Source of the DNA: Balanoglossus misakiensis | Lineage: Eukaryota > Animalia > Hemichordata | Assembly (NCBI GenBank): GCA_040954595.2 | Contig: CM082579.2 | Span: 14,075,834 to 14,139,833, forward strand | Direction: 5' to 3' | DNA length: 64,000 nt | Shown: positions 21,704 to 36,700 of the stretch, piece after piece | How positions within the stretch are numbered: position 1 is the first letter of the stretch | Layout: each line of letters opens with the position of its first letter | The notes under the pieces: generated by a model | Told to the model about the DNA's origin: nothing | Databases searched by the model: none | What the model saw: only the letters and a program-made list of their open reading frames with translations | Translations under genes and position numbers: made by a program

Positions 21704-24700
21704 TTCACCCATGTTTTTTTTCAAAAATCGACGAACCCATAATTTTTTTCAAAATCGACGAAATTTTGAGATTTTGCAAAATCAAAAATTTGTCATTTTT
21801 TGATGATTTTCACCATGATTTTTTTCAAAAATCGACCAAATTTTGAGATTTTGCAGTCGAAAATTTGTAATTTTTTGATGATTTTCACCCATGTTTTTTT
21901 TTCAAAAATCGACGAACCCATGATTTTTTTCGAAATCGACGAAATTTTGAGATTTTGCATTCGAAAATTTGTCATTTTTTGATGATTTTCACCCATGATT
22001 TTTTTCAAAAATTGACGAACCCATAATTTTTTTCAAAATCGACGAAATTTTGAGATTTCGCAAAGTTGAAAATTTGACATTTGTTGATGATTTTCATGAG
22101 CTATATAGCCCATGATTTTTTTTTCAAAAATCGACGAACCCATGTTTTTTTTTCAAAAATCGACGATTTTTTGAGATTTCGCAAAGTTGAATATTTGACA
22201 TTTGTTGATGATTTTCATGAGGTATAGCCCATGATTTTTTTTTTCAAAAATCGACGAAATTTTGAGATTTGCAAAGTCGAACATTGGTCATTTTGATGAT
22301 TTTCACCCATTTTTTTTTTCAAAAATCGACGAACCCATGATTTTTTTCCAAAATCGACGAAATTTTGAGATTTTGCAAAGTCGAAAATTTGTCATTTTTT
22401 GATGATTTTCATCCATGTTTTTTTTCACAATTCAACGAACCCATGATTGTTTTCAAAATCGACGAAATTTTGAGATTTTGCAAGAACCCATGATTTTTTT
22501 CAAATTCGACGAAATTTTGAGATTTTGCAAAGTCGAAAATTTGTCATTTTTTGATGATTTTCACCCATGATTTTTTGCAAAAATCGACGAACCCATGATT
22601 TTTTTCCAAAATCGACGAAATTTTGAGATTTTGCAAAGTCGAAAATTTGTCATTTTTTGATGATTTTCATCCATGTTTTTTTTCAAAATTCAACGAACCC
22701 ATGATTTTTTTCAAAATCGACGAAATTTTGAGATTTTGCAAGAACCCATGATTTTTTTCAAAATCTCAAAATTTCGTCGATTTTGAAAAAAATCATGGGT
22801 TCGTCGATTTTTGAAAAAAAACATGGGAGAAAATCTTCAAAAAATGGGAATTTTGTCGATTTTTGAAAAAAAAAATCATGGGTGAAAATCATCAAAAAAT
22901 GACAAATTTTCGACTTTGCAAAATCTCAAAATTTCGTCGATTTTTGAGAAAAATCATGGGTGAAAATCATCAAAAAATGACAAATTTTCGACTTTGCAAA
23001 ATCTCAAAATTTCGTCGATTTTTGAAAAAAAACATGGATGAAAATCATCGAAAAATGACAAATTTTCGACTGCAAAATCTCAAAATTTCGTCGATTTTTG
23101 AGAAAAATCATGGGTGAAAATCATCAAAAAATGACAAATTTTCGACTTTGCAAAATCTCAAAATTTCGTCGATTTTTGAAAAAAAACATGGATGAAAATC
23201 ATCGAAAAATGACAAATTTTCGAAATTTTGAGATTTTGAAAAAAGTATGGGTTCGTCGATTTTTAAAAAAAATCATGGGTGAAAATCATCAAAAAATGAC
23301 AAATTTTCGACTTTGCAAGAACTTCGAGATTTTCGTCGATTTTTGAAAAAAAAAATCGTGGGGGGGGGGGAAATCATCAAAAAATGACAAATTTTCGACT
23401 TTGCAAAATCTCAATATATCGTCGATTTTGGAAAAAAAAAACATGGGTTCGTCGAAAAAAAACATGGGTGAAAATCATCAAAAAATGACATATTTTCGAC
23501 TTTGCAAAATCTCAAAAGTCCGTCGATTTTGAAAAAAAACATGGGTGAAAATCTTCAAAAAATGACAAATTTTCGACTTTGCAAAAACTCAAAATTTCGT
23601 CGATTTTTGAAAAAAAATGGGTGAAAATCATCAAAAATGACAAAGTTTCGACTTTGCAAAATCTCAAAATTTCATCGATTTCTGAAAAAAATCATAGGGG
23701 AAAATCATCAAAAAATGACAAATTTTCGACTGCAAAATCTTAAAATTTCGTCAATATTTGAAAAAAATCATGGGTAAAAATCATCAATAAATGAAAAATT
23801 TTCGACTTTGCAAAATCTCAAAATTTCGTCGATTTTTGAAAAAAATCATGGGTGAAAATCATCAAAAAATGACAAATTTTCGACTTTGCAAAATTTTCAA
23901 AAATTCGTCGATTTTTGAAAAAAAAATGGGTTATAGCTGATGAAAGTCATCAACAAATGACAAATTTTCGACTGCAAAATCTTAAAATTTCGTCGATTTT
24001 TGAAAAAAAACATGGATGAAAATCATCAAAAAATGACAAATTTTCGACTGCAAAATCTCAAAATTTTGTCGATTTTGAAAAAAGTATGGGTTCGTCGATT
24101 TTTAAAAAAAATCATGGGTGAAAATCATCAAAAAATGACAAATTTTCGACTTTGCAAGAACTTCGAGATTTTCGTCGATTTTTGAAAAAAAAAATCGTGT
24201 GGGGGGGGGGGGAAATCATCAAAAAATGACAAATTTTCGACTTTGCAAAATCTCAATATATCGTCGATTTTGGAAAAAAAAAACATGGGTTCGTCGAAAA
24301 AAAACATGGGTGAAAATCATCAAAAAATGACAAATTTTCGACTTTGCAAAATCTCAAAAGTCCGTCGATTTTGAAAAAAAACATGGGTGAAAATCTTCAA
24401 AAAATGACAAATTTTCGACTTTGCAAAAACTCAAAATTTCGTCGATTTTTGAAAAAAAATGGGTGAAAATCATCAAAAATGACAAAGTTTCGACTTTGCA
24501 AAATCTCAAAATTTCATCGATTTCTGAAAAAAATCATAGGGGAAAATCATCAAAAAATGACAAATTTTCGACTGCAAAATCTTAAAATTTCGTCAATATT
24601 TGAAAAAAATCATGGGTAAAAATCATCAATAAATGAAAAATTTTCGACTTTGCAAAATCTCAAAATTTCGTCGATTTTTGAAAAAAATCATGGGTGAAAA

Positions 24701-27700
24701 TCATCAAAAAATGACAAATTTTCGACTTTGCAAAATTTTCAAAAATTCGTCGATTTTTGAAAAAAAATGGGTTATAGCTTATGAAAGTCATCAACAAATG
24801 ACAAATTTTCGACTGCAATATCTTAAAATTTCGTCGATTTTTGAAAAAAAAACATGGATGAAAATCATCAAAAAATGACAAATTTTCGACTGCAAAATCT
24901 CAAAATTTTGTCGATTTTGAAAAAAGTATGGGTTCGTCGATTTTTAAAAAAAATCATGGGTGAAAATCATCAAAAAATGACAAATTTTCGACTTTGCAAG
25001 AACTTCGAGATTTTCGTCGATTTTTGTAAAAAAATGGGTGAAAATCATCAAAAATGACAAAGTTTCGACTTTGCAAAATCTCAAAATTTCATCGATTTCT
25101 GAAAAAAAATGGGTGAAAATCATCAAAAATGACAAAGTTTCGACTTTGCAAAATCTCAAAATTTCGTCGATTATTGAGAAAAATCATGGGTGAAAATCAT
25201 AAAAAAAATACAAATTTTCGGCTATGCAAAATCTCAAAATTTTGTCGATTTTTGAAAAAAAATCATGGGTTCGTTCAATTTTGAAAAAAAACATGGGTGA
25301 AAATCTTCAAAAAATGACAAATTTTCGACTTTGCAAAAACTCAAAATTTCGTCGATTTTTGAAAAAAAATGGGTGAAAATCATCAAAAATGACAAAGTTT
25401 CGACTTTGCAAAATCTCAAAATTTCATCGATTTCTGAAAAAAATCATAGGGGAAAATCATCAAAAAATGACAAATTTTCGACTGCAAAATCTTAAAATTT
25501 CGTCAATATTTGAAAAAAATCATGGGTAAAAATCATCAATAAATGAAAAATTTTCGACTTTGCAAAATCTCAAAATTTCGTCGATTTTTGAAAAAAATCA
25601 TGGGTGAAAATCATCAAAAAATGACAAATTTTCGACTTTGCAAAATTTTCAAAAATTCGTCGATTTTTGAAAAAAAAATGGGTTATAGCTGATGAAAGTC
25701 ATCAACAAATGACAAATTTTCGACTGCAAAATCTTAAAATTTCGTCGATTTTTGAAAAAAAAACATGGATGAAAATCATCAAAAAATGACAAATTTTCGA
25801 CTGCAAAATCTCAAAATTTTGTCGATTTTGAAAAAAGTATGGGTTCGTCGATTTTTAAAAAAAATCATGGGTGAAAATCATCAAAAAATGACAAATTTTC
25901 GACTTTGCAAGAACTTCGAGATTTTCGTCGATTTTTGAAAAAAAAAATCGTGTGGGGGGGGGGGGGAAATCATCAAAAAATGACAAATTTTCGACTTTGC
26001 AAAATCTCAATATATCGTCGATTTTGGAAAAAAAAAACATGGGTTCGTCGAAAAAAAACATGGGTGAAAATCATCAAAAAATGACAAATTTTCGACTTTG
26101 CAAAATCTCAAAAGTCCGTCGATTTTGAAAAAAAACATGGGTGAAAATCTTCAAAAAATGACAAATTTTCGACTTTGCAAAAACTCAAAATTTCGTCGAT
26201 TTTTGAAAAAAAATGGGTGAAAATCATCAAAAATGACAAAGTTTCGACTTTGCAAAATCTCAAAATTTCATCGATTTCTGAAAAAAATCATAGGGGAAAA
26301 TCATCAAAAAATGACAAATTTTCGACTGCAAAATCTTAAAATTTCGTCAATATTTGAAAAAAATCATGGGTAAAAATCATCAATAAATGAAAAATTTTCG
26401 ACTTTGCAAAATCTCAAAATTTCGTCGATTTTTGAAAAAAATCATGGGTGAAAATCATCAAAAAATGACAAATTTTCGACTTTGCAAAATTTTCAAAAAT
26501 TCGTCGATTTTTGAAAAAAAAATGGGTTATAGCTTATGAAAGTCATCAACAAATGACAAATTTTCGACTGCAATATCTTAAAATTTCGTCGATTTTTGAA
26601 AAAAAAACATGGATGAAAATCATCAAAAAATGACAAATTTTCGACTGCAAAATCTCAAAATTTTGTCGATTTTGAAAAAAGTATGGGTTCGTCGATTTTT
26701 AAAAAAAATCATGGGTGAAAATCATCAAAAAATGACAAATTTTCGACTTTGCAAGAACTTCGAGATTTTCGTCGATTTTTGTAAAAAAATGGGTGAAAAT
26801 CATCAAAAATGACAAAGTTTCGACTTTGCAAAATCTCAAAATTTCATCGATTTCTGAAAAAAAATGGGTGAAAATCATCAAAAATGACAAAGTTTCGACT
26901 TTGCAAAATCTCAAAATTTCGTCGATTATTGAGAAAAATCATGGGTGAAAATCATAAAAAAAATACAAATTTTCGGCTATGCAAAATCTCAAAATTTTGT
27001 CGATTTTTGAAAAAAAATCATGGGTTCGTTCAATTTTGAAAAAAAACATGGGTGAAAATCTTCAAAAAATGACAAATTTTCGACTTTGCAAAAACTCAAA
27101 ATTTCGTCGATTTTTGAAAAAAAATGGGTGAAAATCATCAAAAATGACAAAGTTTCGACTTTGCAAAATCTCAAAATTTCGAAAATTTGTCATTTTTTGA
27201 TGATTTTCACCCATGATTTTTTTCAAAAATCGACGAACCCATAATTTTTTTCAAAATCGACGAAATTTTGAGATTTCGCAAAGTTGAAAATTTGACATTT
27301 GTTGATGATTTTCATGAGCTATAGCCCATGATTTTTTTTTCAAAAATCGACGAACCCATGTTTTTTTTTCAAAAATCGACGATTTTTTGAGATTTCGCAA
27401 AGTTGAAAATTTGACATTTGTTGATGATTTTCATGAGGTATAGCCCATGATTTTTTTTTTCAAAAATCGACGAAATTTTGAGATTTGCAAAGTCGAACAT
27501 TGGTCATTTTGATGATTTTCACCCATTTTTTTTTTCAAAAATCGACGAACCCATGATTTTTTTTCAAAATCGACGAAATTTTGAGATTTTGCAAAGTCGA
27601 AAATTGGTCATTTTTTGATGATTTTCATCCATGTTTTTTTTTCACAATTCAACGAACCCATGATTGTTTTCAAAATCGACGAAATTTTGAGATTTTGCAA

Positions 27701-30700
27701 GAACCCATGATTTTTTTCAAATTCGACGAAATTTTGAGATTTTGCAAAGTCGAAAATTTGTCATTTTTTGATGATTTTCACCCATGATTTTTTGCAAAAA
27801 TCGACGAACCCATGATTTTTTTCCAAAATCGACGAAATTTTGAGATTTTGCAAAGTCGAAAATTTGTCATTTTTTGATGATTTTCATCCATGTTTTTTTT
27901 TCAAAATTCAACGAACCCATGATTTTTTTCAAAATCGACGAAATTTTGAGATTTTGCAAGAACCCATGATTTTTTTCAAAATCTCAAAATTTCGTCGATT
28001 TTGAAAAAAATCATGGGTTCGTCGATTTTTGAAAAAAAACATGGGAGAAAATCTTCAAAAAATGGGAATTTTGTCGATTTTTGAAAAAAAAAATCATGGG
28101 TGAAAATCATCAAAAAATGACAAATTTTCGACTTTGCAAGAACTTCGAGATTTTCGTCGATTTTTGAAAAAAAAAATCGTGGGGGGGGGGCGAAATCATA
28201 AAAAAATGACAAATTTTCGACTTTGCAAAATCTCAAAATATCGTCGATTTTGGAAAAAAAAACATGGGTTCGTCGAAAAAAAAACATGGGTGAAAATCAT
28301 CAAAAAATGACAAATTTTCGACTTTGCAAAATCTCAAAAGTCCGTCGATTTTGAAAAAAAACATGGGTGAAAATCTTCAAAAAATGACAAATTTTCGACT
28401 TTGCAAAAACTCAAAATTTCGTCGATTTTTGAAAAAAAATGGGTTAAAATCATCAAAAATGACAAAGTTTCGACTTTGCAAAATCTCAAAATTTCATCGA
28501 TTTCTGAAAAAAATCATAGGGGAAAATCATCAAAAAATGACAAATTTTCGACTGCACAATCTTAAAATTTCGTCAATTTTTGAAAAAAAATCATGGGTAA
28601 AAATCATCAATAAATGAAAAATTTTCGACTTTGCAAAATCTCAATATATCGTCGATTTTGGAAAAAAAAAACATGGGTTCGTCGAAAAAAAACATGGGAG
28701 AAAATCATCAAAAAATGACATATTTTCGACTTTGCAAAATCTCAAAAGTCCGTCGATTTTGAAAAAAAACATGGGTGAAAATCTTCAAAAAATGACAAAT
28801 TTTCGACTTTGCAAATACTCAAAATTTCGTCGATTTTTGAAAAAAAATGGGTGAAAATCATCAAAAATGACAAAGTTTCGACTTTGCAAAATCTCAAAAT
28901 TTCATCGATTTCTGAAAAAAATCATAGGGAAAAATCATCAAAAAATGACAAATTTTCGACTGCAAAATCTTAAAATTTCGTCAATATTTGAAAAAAATCA
29001 TGGGTAAAAATCATCAATAAATGAAAAATTTTCGACTTTGCAAAATCTCAAAATTTCGTCGATTTTTGAAAAAAATCATGGGTGAAAATCATCAAAAAAT
29101 GACAAATTTTCGACTTTGCAAAATTTTCAAAAATTCGTCGATTTTTGAAAAAAAAATGGGTTATAGCTTATGAAAGTCATCAACAAATGACAAATTTTCG
29201 ACTGCAAAATCTTAAAATTTCGTCGATTTTTGAAAAAAAAACATGGATGAAAATCATCAAAAAATGACAAATTTTCGACTGCAAAATCTCAAAATTTTGT
29301 CGATTTTGAAAAAAGTATGGGTTCGTCGATTTTTAAAAAAAATCATGGGTGAAAATCATCAAAAAATGACAAATTTTCGACTTTGCAAGAACTTCGAGAT
29401 TTTCGTCGATTTTTGAAAAAAAAATCGTGGGGGGGGGGCGAAATCATAAAAAAATGACAAATTTTCGACTTTGCAAAATCTCAAAATATCGTCGATTTTG
29501 GAAAAAAAAAACATGGGTTCGTCGAAAAAAAAACATGGGTGAAAATCATCAAAATATGACAAATTTTCGACTTTGCAAAATCTCAAAAGTCCGTCGATTT
29601 TGAAAAAAAACATGGGTGAAAATCTTCAAAAAATGACAAATTTTCGACTTTGCAAAAACTCAAAATTTCGTCGATTTTTGAAAAAAAATGGGTTAAAATC
29701 ATCAAAAATGACAAAGTTTCGACTTTGCAAAATCTCAAAATTTCATCGATTTCTGAAAAAAATCATAGGGGAAAATCATCAAAAAATGACAAATTTTCGA
29801 CTGCACAATCTTAAAATTTCGTCAATTTTTGAAAAAAAATCATGGGTAAAAATCATCAATAAATGAAAAATTTTCGACTTTGCAAAATCTCAAAATTTCG
29901 TCGATTTTTGAAAAAAATCATGGGTGAAAATCATCAAAAAATGACAAATTTTCGACTTTGCAAAATTTTCAAAAATTCGTTGATTTTTGAAAAAAAAATG
30001 GGTTATAGCTTATGAAAATCATCAACAAATGACAAATTTTCGACTTTGCAAAATCTCAAAATTTCGTCGATTTTGAAAAAAATCATGGTTTCGTCGATTT
30101 TTGAAAAAAAACATGGGTGAAAATCTTCAAAAAATGACAAATTTTCGACTTTGCAAAAACTGAAAATTTCGTCGATTTTTGAAAAAAATAATGGGTGAAA
30201 ATCATCAAAAAAGACAAAGTTTCGACTTTGCAAAATCTCAAAATTTTGTCGATTTCTGAAAAAAATCATGGGTAAAATCGTCAAAAAAATGACAGATTTT
30301 CGACAGCAAAATCTTAAAATTTCGTCAAATTTTGAAAAAAAATCATGGGTAAAAATCATCAAAAAATGACAAATTTTCGACTTTGCAAAATCTCAAAATT
30401 TCGTCAATTTTTGAAAAAAAAATCGTGGGGGGGGGGGAAATCATCAAAAAAATGACAAATTTTCGACTTTGCAAAATTTTGAAAAATTCGTCGATTTTAA
30501 AAAAAAAACATGGGTTCGTCCATTTTTGAAAAAAAAAAACATGGGTGAAAATCATCAACAAATGACAAATGTTCAACTTTGCAAAATCTCAAAATTTCGT
30601 CGATTTTTGAAAAAAAAAATCGTGGGGGGAGGTAAATCATCAAAAAAATGACAAATTTTCGACTTTGCATAATTTTCAAAAATTCGTCGATTTTTGAAAA

Positions 30701-30880
30701 AAAAAACATGGGTTCGTCCATTTTTGAAAAAAAAAACATGGGTGAAAATCATCAACAAATGACAAATGTTCAACTTTGCAAAATCTCAAAATATTGTCGA
30801 TTTTTGAAAAAAAAACATGGGTTCGTCGATTTTTGAAAAAAAAAAACATGGGTGAAAATCGTCAAAAAATGACACATTTT
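21704..30880. repeat. 78-bp satellite, left array, mostly A-rich orientation with two inverted blocks
   Basis: T-rich orientation ~21704-22760 and ~27180-27975; A-rich orientation ~22760-27180 and ~27976-30880. Confidence 0.95.
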
Positions 30881-31467
30881 TATCGTGGCCCCTACACGTC
30901 AATTTTAATTTATTATTTTGAAAGTTAAACTTTAATTTTAGATAGACAATATCTTTTCCCAAGAAGTAAACTTTAATTTTGGTGGCGGCAACTAATTTTG
31001 ATGGACAAAACTTTTTGATTTTGACAATAAAACTTTAATTTTAATTATCACAAATTTTATTTTAGAGAACCAAATTTTATTTTTCGAAAGCAAATTTTAT
31101 TTTTTCCAAGAATAATGTTTTAATAAGGATTTATTTTGTCCAAAATAAACAGTAACAACTTGAGATAAACTTATTCATACTACGTGGATTTTTTTTTCAA
31201 AAAGGTATGTTTTAATTTTTAAAGAAAAAGTTCATTTTGTAAAATAACAAATTATTTTTCCCAGGTGAAAATATTTTACGGAGTTAAATTTTAATTTACA
31301 TTTAAATAACCTTTAAACACTCGAGATAAAATTATGTGTACTCGATGGAATTATTTAACTTTTTAAAACAAAATATTTTTATTGCTTAAGAAAAAACAAA
31401 TATTTACTAATGTTACAAATTATTTTTCCCGGGTGAAAAGTTTATTTTACAGGGATCAATTTAATTT

Positions 31468-31772
31468 ATAACACACCATGCAGCGAACCCTCGATCGTGA
31501 TTCGTCAATACGACGTCACGTGACCTTAGTCATTTCGAACTGTTGCCTTGGGCATCAGTTCGATAGGTTTGGTGTGTTATAAAACACATGATGGCTGACA
31601 TATTCGGGCAACAGTGTATTTTTAATGACCTCGGGACTGCCAGTCACACCAAAACAGTCTGTTTTCCCTCGGGCTATGCCCTCGGGAAAACAAGACTGTT
31701 TTAGTTGTGACTAGCAGCACCCTCGGTCATCAAAATACACTGTTGCCCTCATTGTCAGTCATCATGTGTATA
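31468..31772. mobile_element. Two adjacent palindromic MITE-like insertions in the left arm only
   Basis: ATAACACACCA...TGGTGTGTTAT (31468-31580) and ACACATGATGGCTGACA...CCCTCGGGCTATGCCCTCGGG...TGTCAGTCATCATGTGT (~31584-31770); absent from the right arm. Confidence 0.7.
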
Positions 31773-32531
31773 CTGATTTCTAGTAACACAACTTATGGGG
31801 GCGCTCTTTCTTATGCTACTGACAAACTTTTGTTATGAGGGCGCAATTCAGGTTTTGGCGTGCGAATTTCTTTTACATGCATGACAAAATATATTTTCAG
31901 AAAGCGAAATATTTTTTTCTTCGCGGCGGAAATGAAGCTATCCCACAATTCCCGTAAATGAGGACGTTACAGGAGTGCATAAATCCAACAAACACATGAG
32001 ATGGCTATCTATCCACAGTGCAATGTTTACAGATTGTATCTACTATACTACGACCCGGGCAGACAAATCCGGACAATCTCGCCGACGTATCGTAGACCTT
32101 TGAATGACGCTGTCGATCAAATTGAATACAAGATCTAGGGGAGTCGGTCCGTGGGAGAAATCGGCCAGGTGCGAACTTGGCTCGTAGGATCGTTTAAATT
32201 AAAGTCCTTTAAATTATGTTTCGTGTATGCATCACATTTTACGTGTACAGTAAACCACAGTGCTGCTCTGTCCCTGTCCCTAGGCAGTTTGTGGAGTGAC
32301 CGTGGTACAGTCGCCGCCGTTTAATCAGGACACCATGAGTTATATATAGCCGCTCTAGAAAACATGACCTCAGACAGGTCCCTCAGGACCGTGCCTCCAA
32401 TTCAACGATCACGTAGATGGACGCGCTGCCGCTTATGAGGTCACCGGGGAGCTTTCCAAAGTGGTCGCGTGGAGCTGCTTCAGTCCGTCCTCGACGTGAA
32501 ACACCCGAACTTGGAAGGGATAGCCGGTTAA

Positions 32532-32879
32532 AGGGACAAAGTCTCTCTCTCGCTGGCCTTTTTCCATTAATTATGTTTGATACAAGACGCCGTTTATGTT
32601 ATTCTTCATGTGGATATATGGTGAATCAACATTCGACCACACACAACTTCCATCTCGTTTGTAGGATATAAGAGTGAAACCTCGCCCAAAATGAATAAAT
32701 TGTAAAAAACAAATATTCATTATGGCGAGTTTTTTTCACTCTCCTGTCTATAAGAGGTATGGAAGTTGTGTGTGGTTGAATGTTCATTCACTATGTATCC
32801 ACATGTAGAATAACAAACGTTGTCTTTTATCAAGTATAATTAATGGCAAAAAGGGCAGCGAGAGAGAGACTTTGTCCCT
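32532..32879. mobile_element. Palindromic MITE, Kolobok-like (copy 2, intact TTAA TSD)
   Basis: TTAA|AGGGACAAAGTCTCTCTCTCGCTG...CAGCGAGAGAGAGACTTTGTCCCT|TTAA. Confidence 0.85.
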
Positions 32880-33734
32880 TTAATCGAATTTAAAGGACTT
32901 TAATTTAAACGATCCTACGAGCCAAGTTCGCACCTGGCCGATTTCTCCCACGGACCGACTCCCCTGGATCTTGTATTCGATTCGATCGACAGCGTCATTT
33001 AAAGGTCTACGATGGCGGCGAGATTGTCCGGATTTGTCTGCCCGGGTCGTAGTAGATACAATCTGTAAACATTGCACTGTGGATAGATAGCCATCTCATC
33101 TGTTTGTTGGATTTATGTACTCCTGTAACGTCCTCATGTACGGGAATTGTGGGATAGCTTCATTTCCGCCGCGAAGAATAAAATATTTTGCTTTCTGAAA
33201 ATATATTTTGTCATGCATGTAAAAGAAATTCGCCCGCCGAAACCTGAATTGCGCCCTCATGAAAAAGTTTATTAGTAGCAATAGAAAGAGCGCCCCCATA
33301 AGTTGTGTAACTAGAAATTAGATAAAAATATATTTACATCTGTAAAATAAAATTTTCACCCGCGAAAAGTAATGTTACTTAAAAAAAGTTTTAAAAAATT
33401 AAATATTTCTTTCCGGAAATAAAATAATTCTATGTAGTATAGATAATTTTATCTCAAGTCTTAGAAGTTTATTTTGGAAAAAAGTCTTAAAATTTTAGTC
33501 TCGGGAAAAAATAAAATTGGCTTTCGGAAATTAAACTTTTGTTCTCTAAAATAGGAGTTGTGTAAAGTAAAATTATAGTTTTACTGTCAAAATTAAAAAG
33601 TTTACTCCACTGAAATTGAAATTGTGTGCGTCAAAATTATAGTTGCCTTCACGAAAACTTTATTTTACTTTTGGGAGGAGATATTGTCTATAATTTTGAA
33701 AGTTTAACTTTCAAAATAATATTTTAGGCCTGAC

Positions 33735-36700
33735 ATGATTTTCACCCATGATTGTTTTCAAAAATCGACGAAATTTTGAGATTTTGCAAAGTCGAAAATT
33801 TGTCATTTTTTGATGATTTTCACCCATGATTTTTTTCTTTTCAAAAATCGACAAATTTTGAGATTTTGCAAAGTCGAAAATTTGTAATTTTTTGATGATA
33901 TTCACCCATGTTTTTTTCAAAAATCGACGAAATTTTGAGATTTTGCAAAGTCGAAAATTTGTCATTTTTTGATGATTTTTACCCATGATTTTTTTTTTCA
34001 AAAATCGACCAAATTTTGGGATTTTGCAAAGACGAAAATTTGTCATTTTTTGATGATTTTCACCCATGATTTTTCTCAAAAATCGACGAAATTTAGAGAT
34101 TTTGCAAGGTCGAAAATTTGTCATTTTTTGATGATTTTCACCCATGATTTTTTTCAAAAATCGACGAAATTTTGAGATTTTGCAAAGTCGAAAATTTGTC
34201 ATTTTTTGATGATTTTTACCCATGATTTTTTTTTTCAAAAATCGACTAAATTTTGGGATTTTGCAAATTCGAAAATTTGTAATTTTTTGATGATTTTCAC
34301 CCATGATTTTTCTCAAAAATCGACGAAATTTTGAGATTTTGCAAAGTCGAAAATTTGTCATTTTTTGATGATTTTCACCCATGATTTTTTTCAAAAATCG
34401 ACGAAATTTGAGATTTTGGAAATTCGAAAATTTGTAATTTTTTGTTGATTTTCACCCTTTTTTTTCAAAAATCAACGAACCCATGATTTTTTTTCAAAAA
34501 TCGACAAAATTTTGAGATTTTTCAAAGCCGAAAATTTGTCATTTTTTGATGATTTTCACCCATGATTTTTCTCAAAAATCGACGAAATTTTGAGATTTTG
34601 CAAAGTCGAAAATTTTTCATTTTTTGATAATTTTCACTCATGATTTTTTTCAAAAATCTACGAAATTTTGAGATTTTGCAAAGTCGAAAATTTGTCATTT
34701 TTTGATGATTTTCACCCATGATTTTTTTGAAAAAATCTGCGAAATTTTGAGATTTTGCAAAGTCGAAAATTTGTCATTTATTAATGATTTTCACCCATGA
34801 TTTTTTTCAAAAATCGACGAAATTTGAGATTTTGCAAATTCGAAAATTTCTAATTTTTTGATGATTTTCACCCTTGATTTTTTTTTTCAAAAATCGACAA
34901 AATTTTGAGATTTTGCAAAGTCGAAAATGTGTCATTTTTTGATGATTTTCACCCAAGATTTTTTTCAAAAATCGACGAAATTTGAGATTTTGAAAAGTCG
35001 AAAATTTGTCATTTTTTGATGATTTTTACCCATGATTTTTTTTTTCAAAAATCGACCAAATTTTGAGATTTTGCAAAGCCGAAAATTTGTCATTTTTTGA
35101 TGATTTTCACCCATGATTTTTCTCAAAAATCGACGAAATTTTGAGATTTTGCAAAGTCGAAAATTTTTCATTTTTTGATGATTTTCACCCATGATTTTTC
35201 TCAAAAATCGACGAAATTTTGAGATTTTGCAAAGTCGAAAATTTGTCATTTTTTGATGATTTTCACCCATGTTTTTTTTCAAAATTGAACGAACCCATGA
35301 TTTTTTTCAAAAATCGACGAAATTTTGAGATTTTGCAAAGTAGAAAATTTGTCATTTTTTGATGATTTTCACCCATGATTTTTTTCAAAAATCGACGAAA
35401 TTTTGAGATTTTGCAAAGTCGAAAATTTGTCATTTTTTGATGATTTTCACCCATGATTTTTTTTTCAAAAACCGACAAAATTTTGAGATTTTGCAAAGTC
35501 GAAAATTTGTCATTTTTTGATTATTTTCACCCGTGATTTTTTTCAAAAATCGACAAAATTTTTAGATTTTGCAAAGTCGAAAATTTGTCATTTTTTGATG
35601 ATTTTCACCATGATTTTTTTTTTAAAAATCGACGAAATTTTTGAGATTTTGCAAAGTCGAAAATTTGTCATTTTTTGATGATTTTCACCCATGATTTTTT
35701 TCAAAAATCGACGAAATTTGAGATTTTGCAAAGTCGAAAATTTGTCATTTTTTGATGATTTTCACCCATGATTTTTTTCAAAAATCGACGAAATTTTGAG
35801 ATTTTGCAAATTCGAAAATTTGTAATTTTTTGATGATTTTCACCCATGTTTTTTTTCAAAAATCAACGAACCCATGATTTTTTTTCAAAAATCGACCAAA
35901 TTTTGGGATTTTGCAAAGACGAAAATTTGTCATTTTTTGATGATTTTCACCCATGATTTTTCTCAAAAATCGACGAAATTTTGAGATTTTGCAAAGTCGA
36001 AAATTTGTCATTTTTTGATGATTTTCACCCATGATTTTTTTCAAAAATCGACAAAATTTTGAGATTTTGCAAAGTCGAAAATTTGTCATTTTTTGATTAT
36101 TTTCACCCGTGATTTTTTTCAAAAATCGACAAAATTTTTAGATTTTGCAAAGTCGAAAATTTGTCATTTTTTGATGATTTTCACCATGATTTTTTTTTTA
36201 AAAATCGACGAAATTTTTGAGATTTTGCAAAGTCGAAAATTTGTCATTTTTTGATGATTTTCACCCATGATTTTTTTCAAAAATCGACGAAATTTGAGAT
36301 TTTTCAAAGTCGAAAATTTGTCATTTTTTGATGATTTTCACCCATGATTTTTTTCAAAAATCGACGAAATTTTGAGATTTTGCAAATTCGAAAATTTGTA
36401 ATTTTTTGATGATTTTCACCCATGTTTTTTTCAAAAATCAACGAACCCATGATTTTTTTTCAAAAATCGACCAAATTTTGGGATTTTGCAAAGACGAAAA
36501 TTTGTCATTTTTTGATGATTTTCACCCATGATTTTTCTCAAAAATCGACGAAATTTTGAGATTTTGCAAAGTCGAAAATTTGTCATTTTTTGATGATTTT
36601 CACCCATGATTTTTCTCAATAATCGACGAAATTTTGAGATTTTGCAAAGTCGAAAATTTGTCATTTTTTGATGATTTTCACCCATGTTTTTTTTCAAAAT

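Larger units (their letters stand above)
30910..33720. repeat. Large inverted-repeat (foldback) core between the satellite arrays
   Basis: 31777-32215 is the reverse complement of 32887-33318 (close match); 30910-31465 matches 33320-33720 more loosely. Confidence 0.88.
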
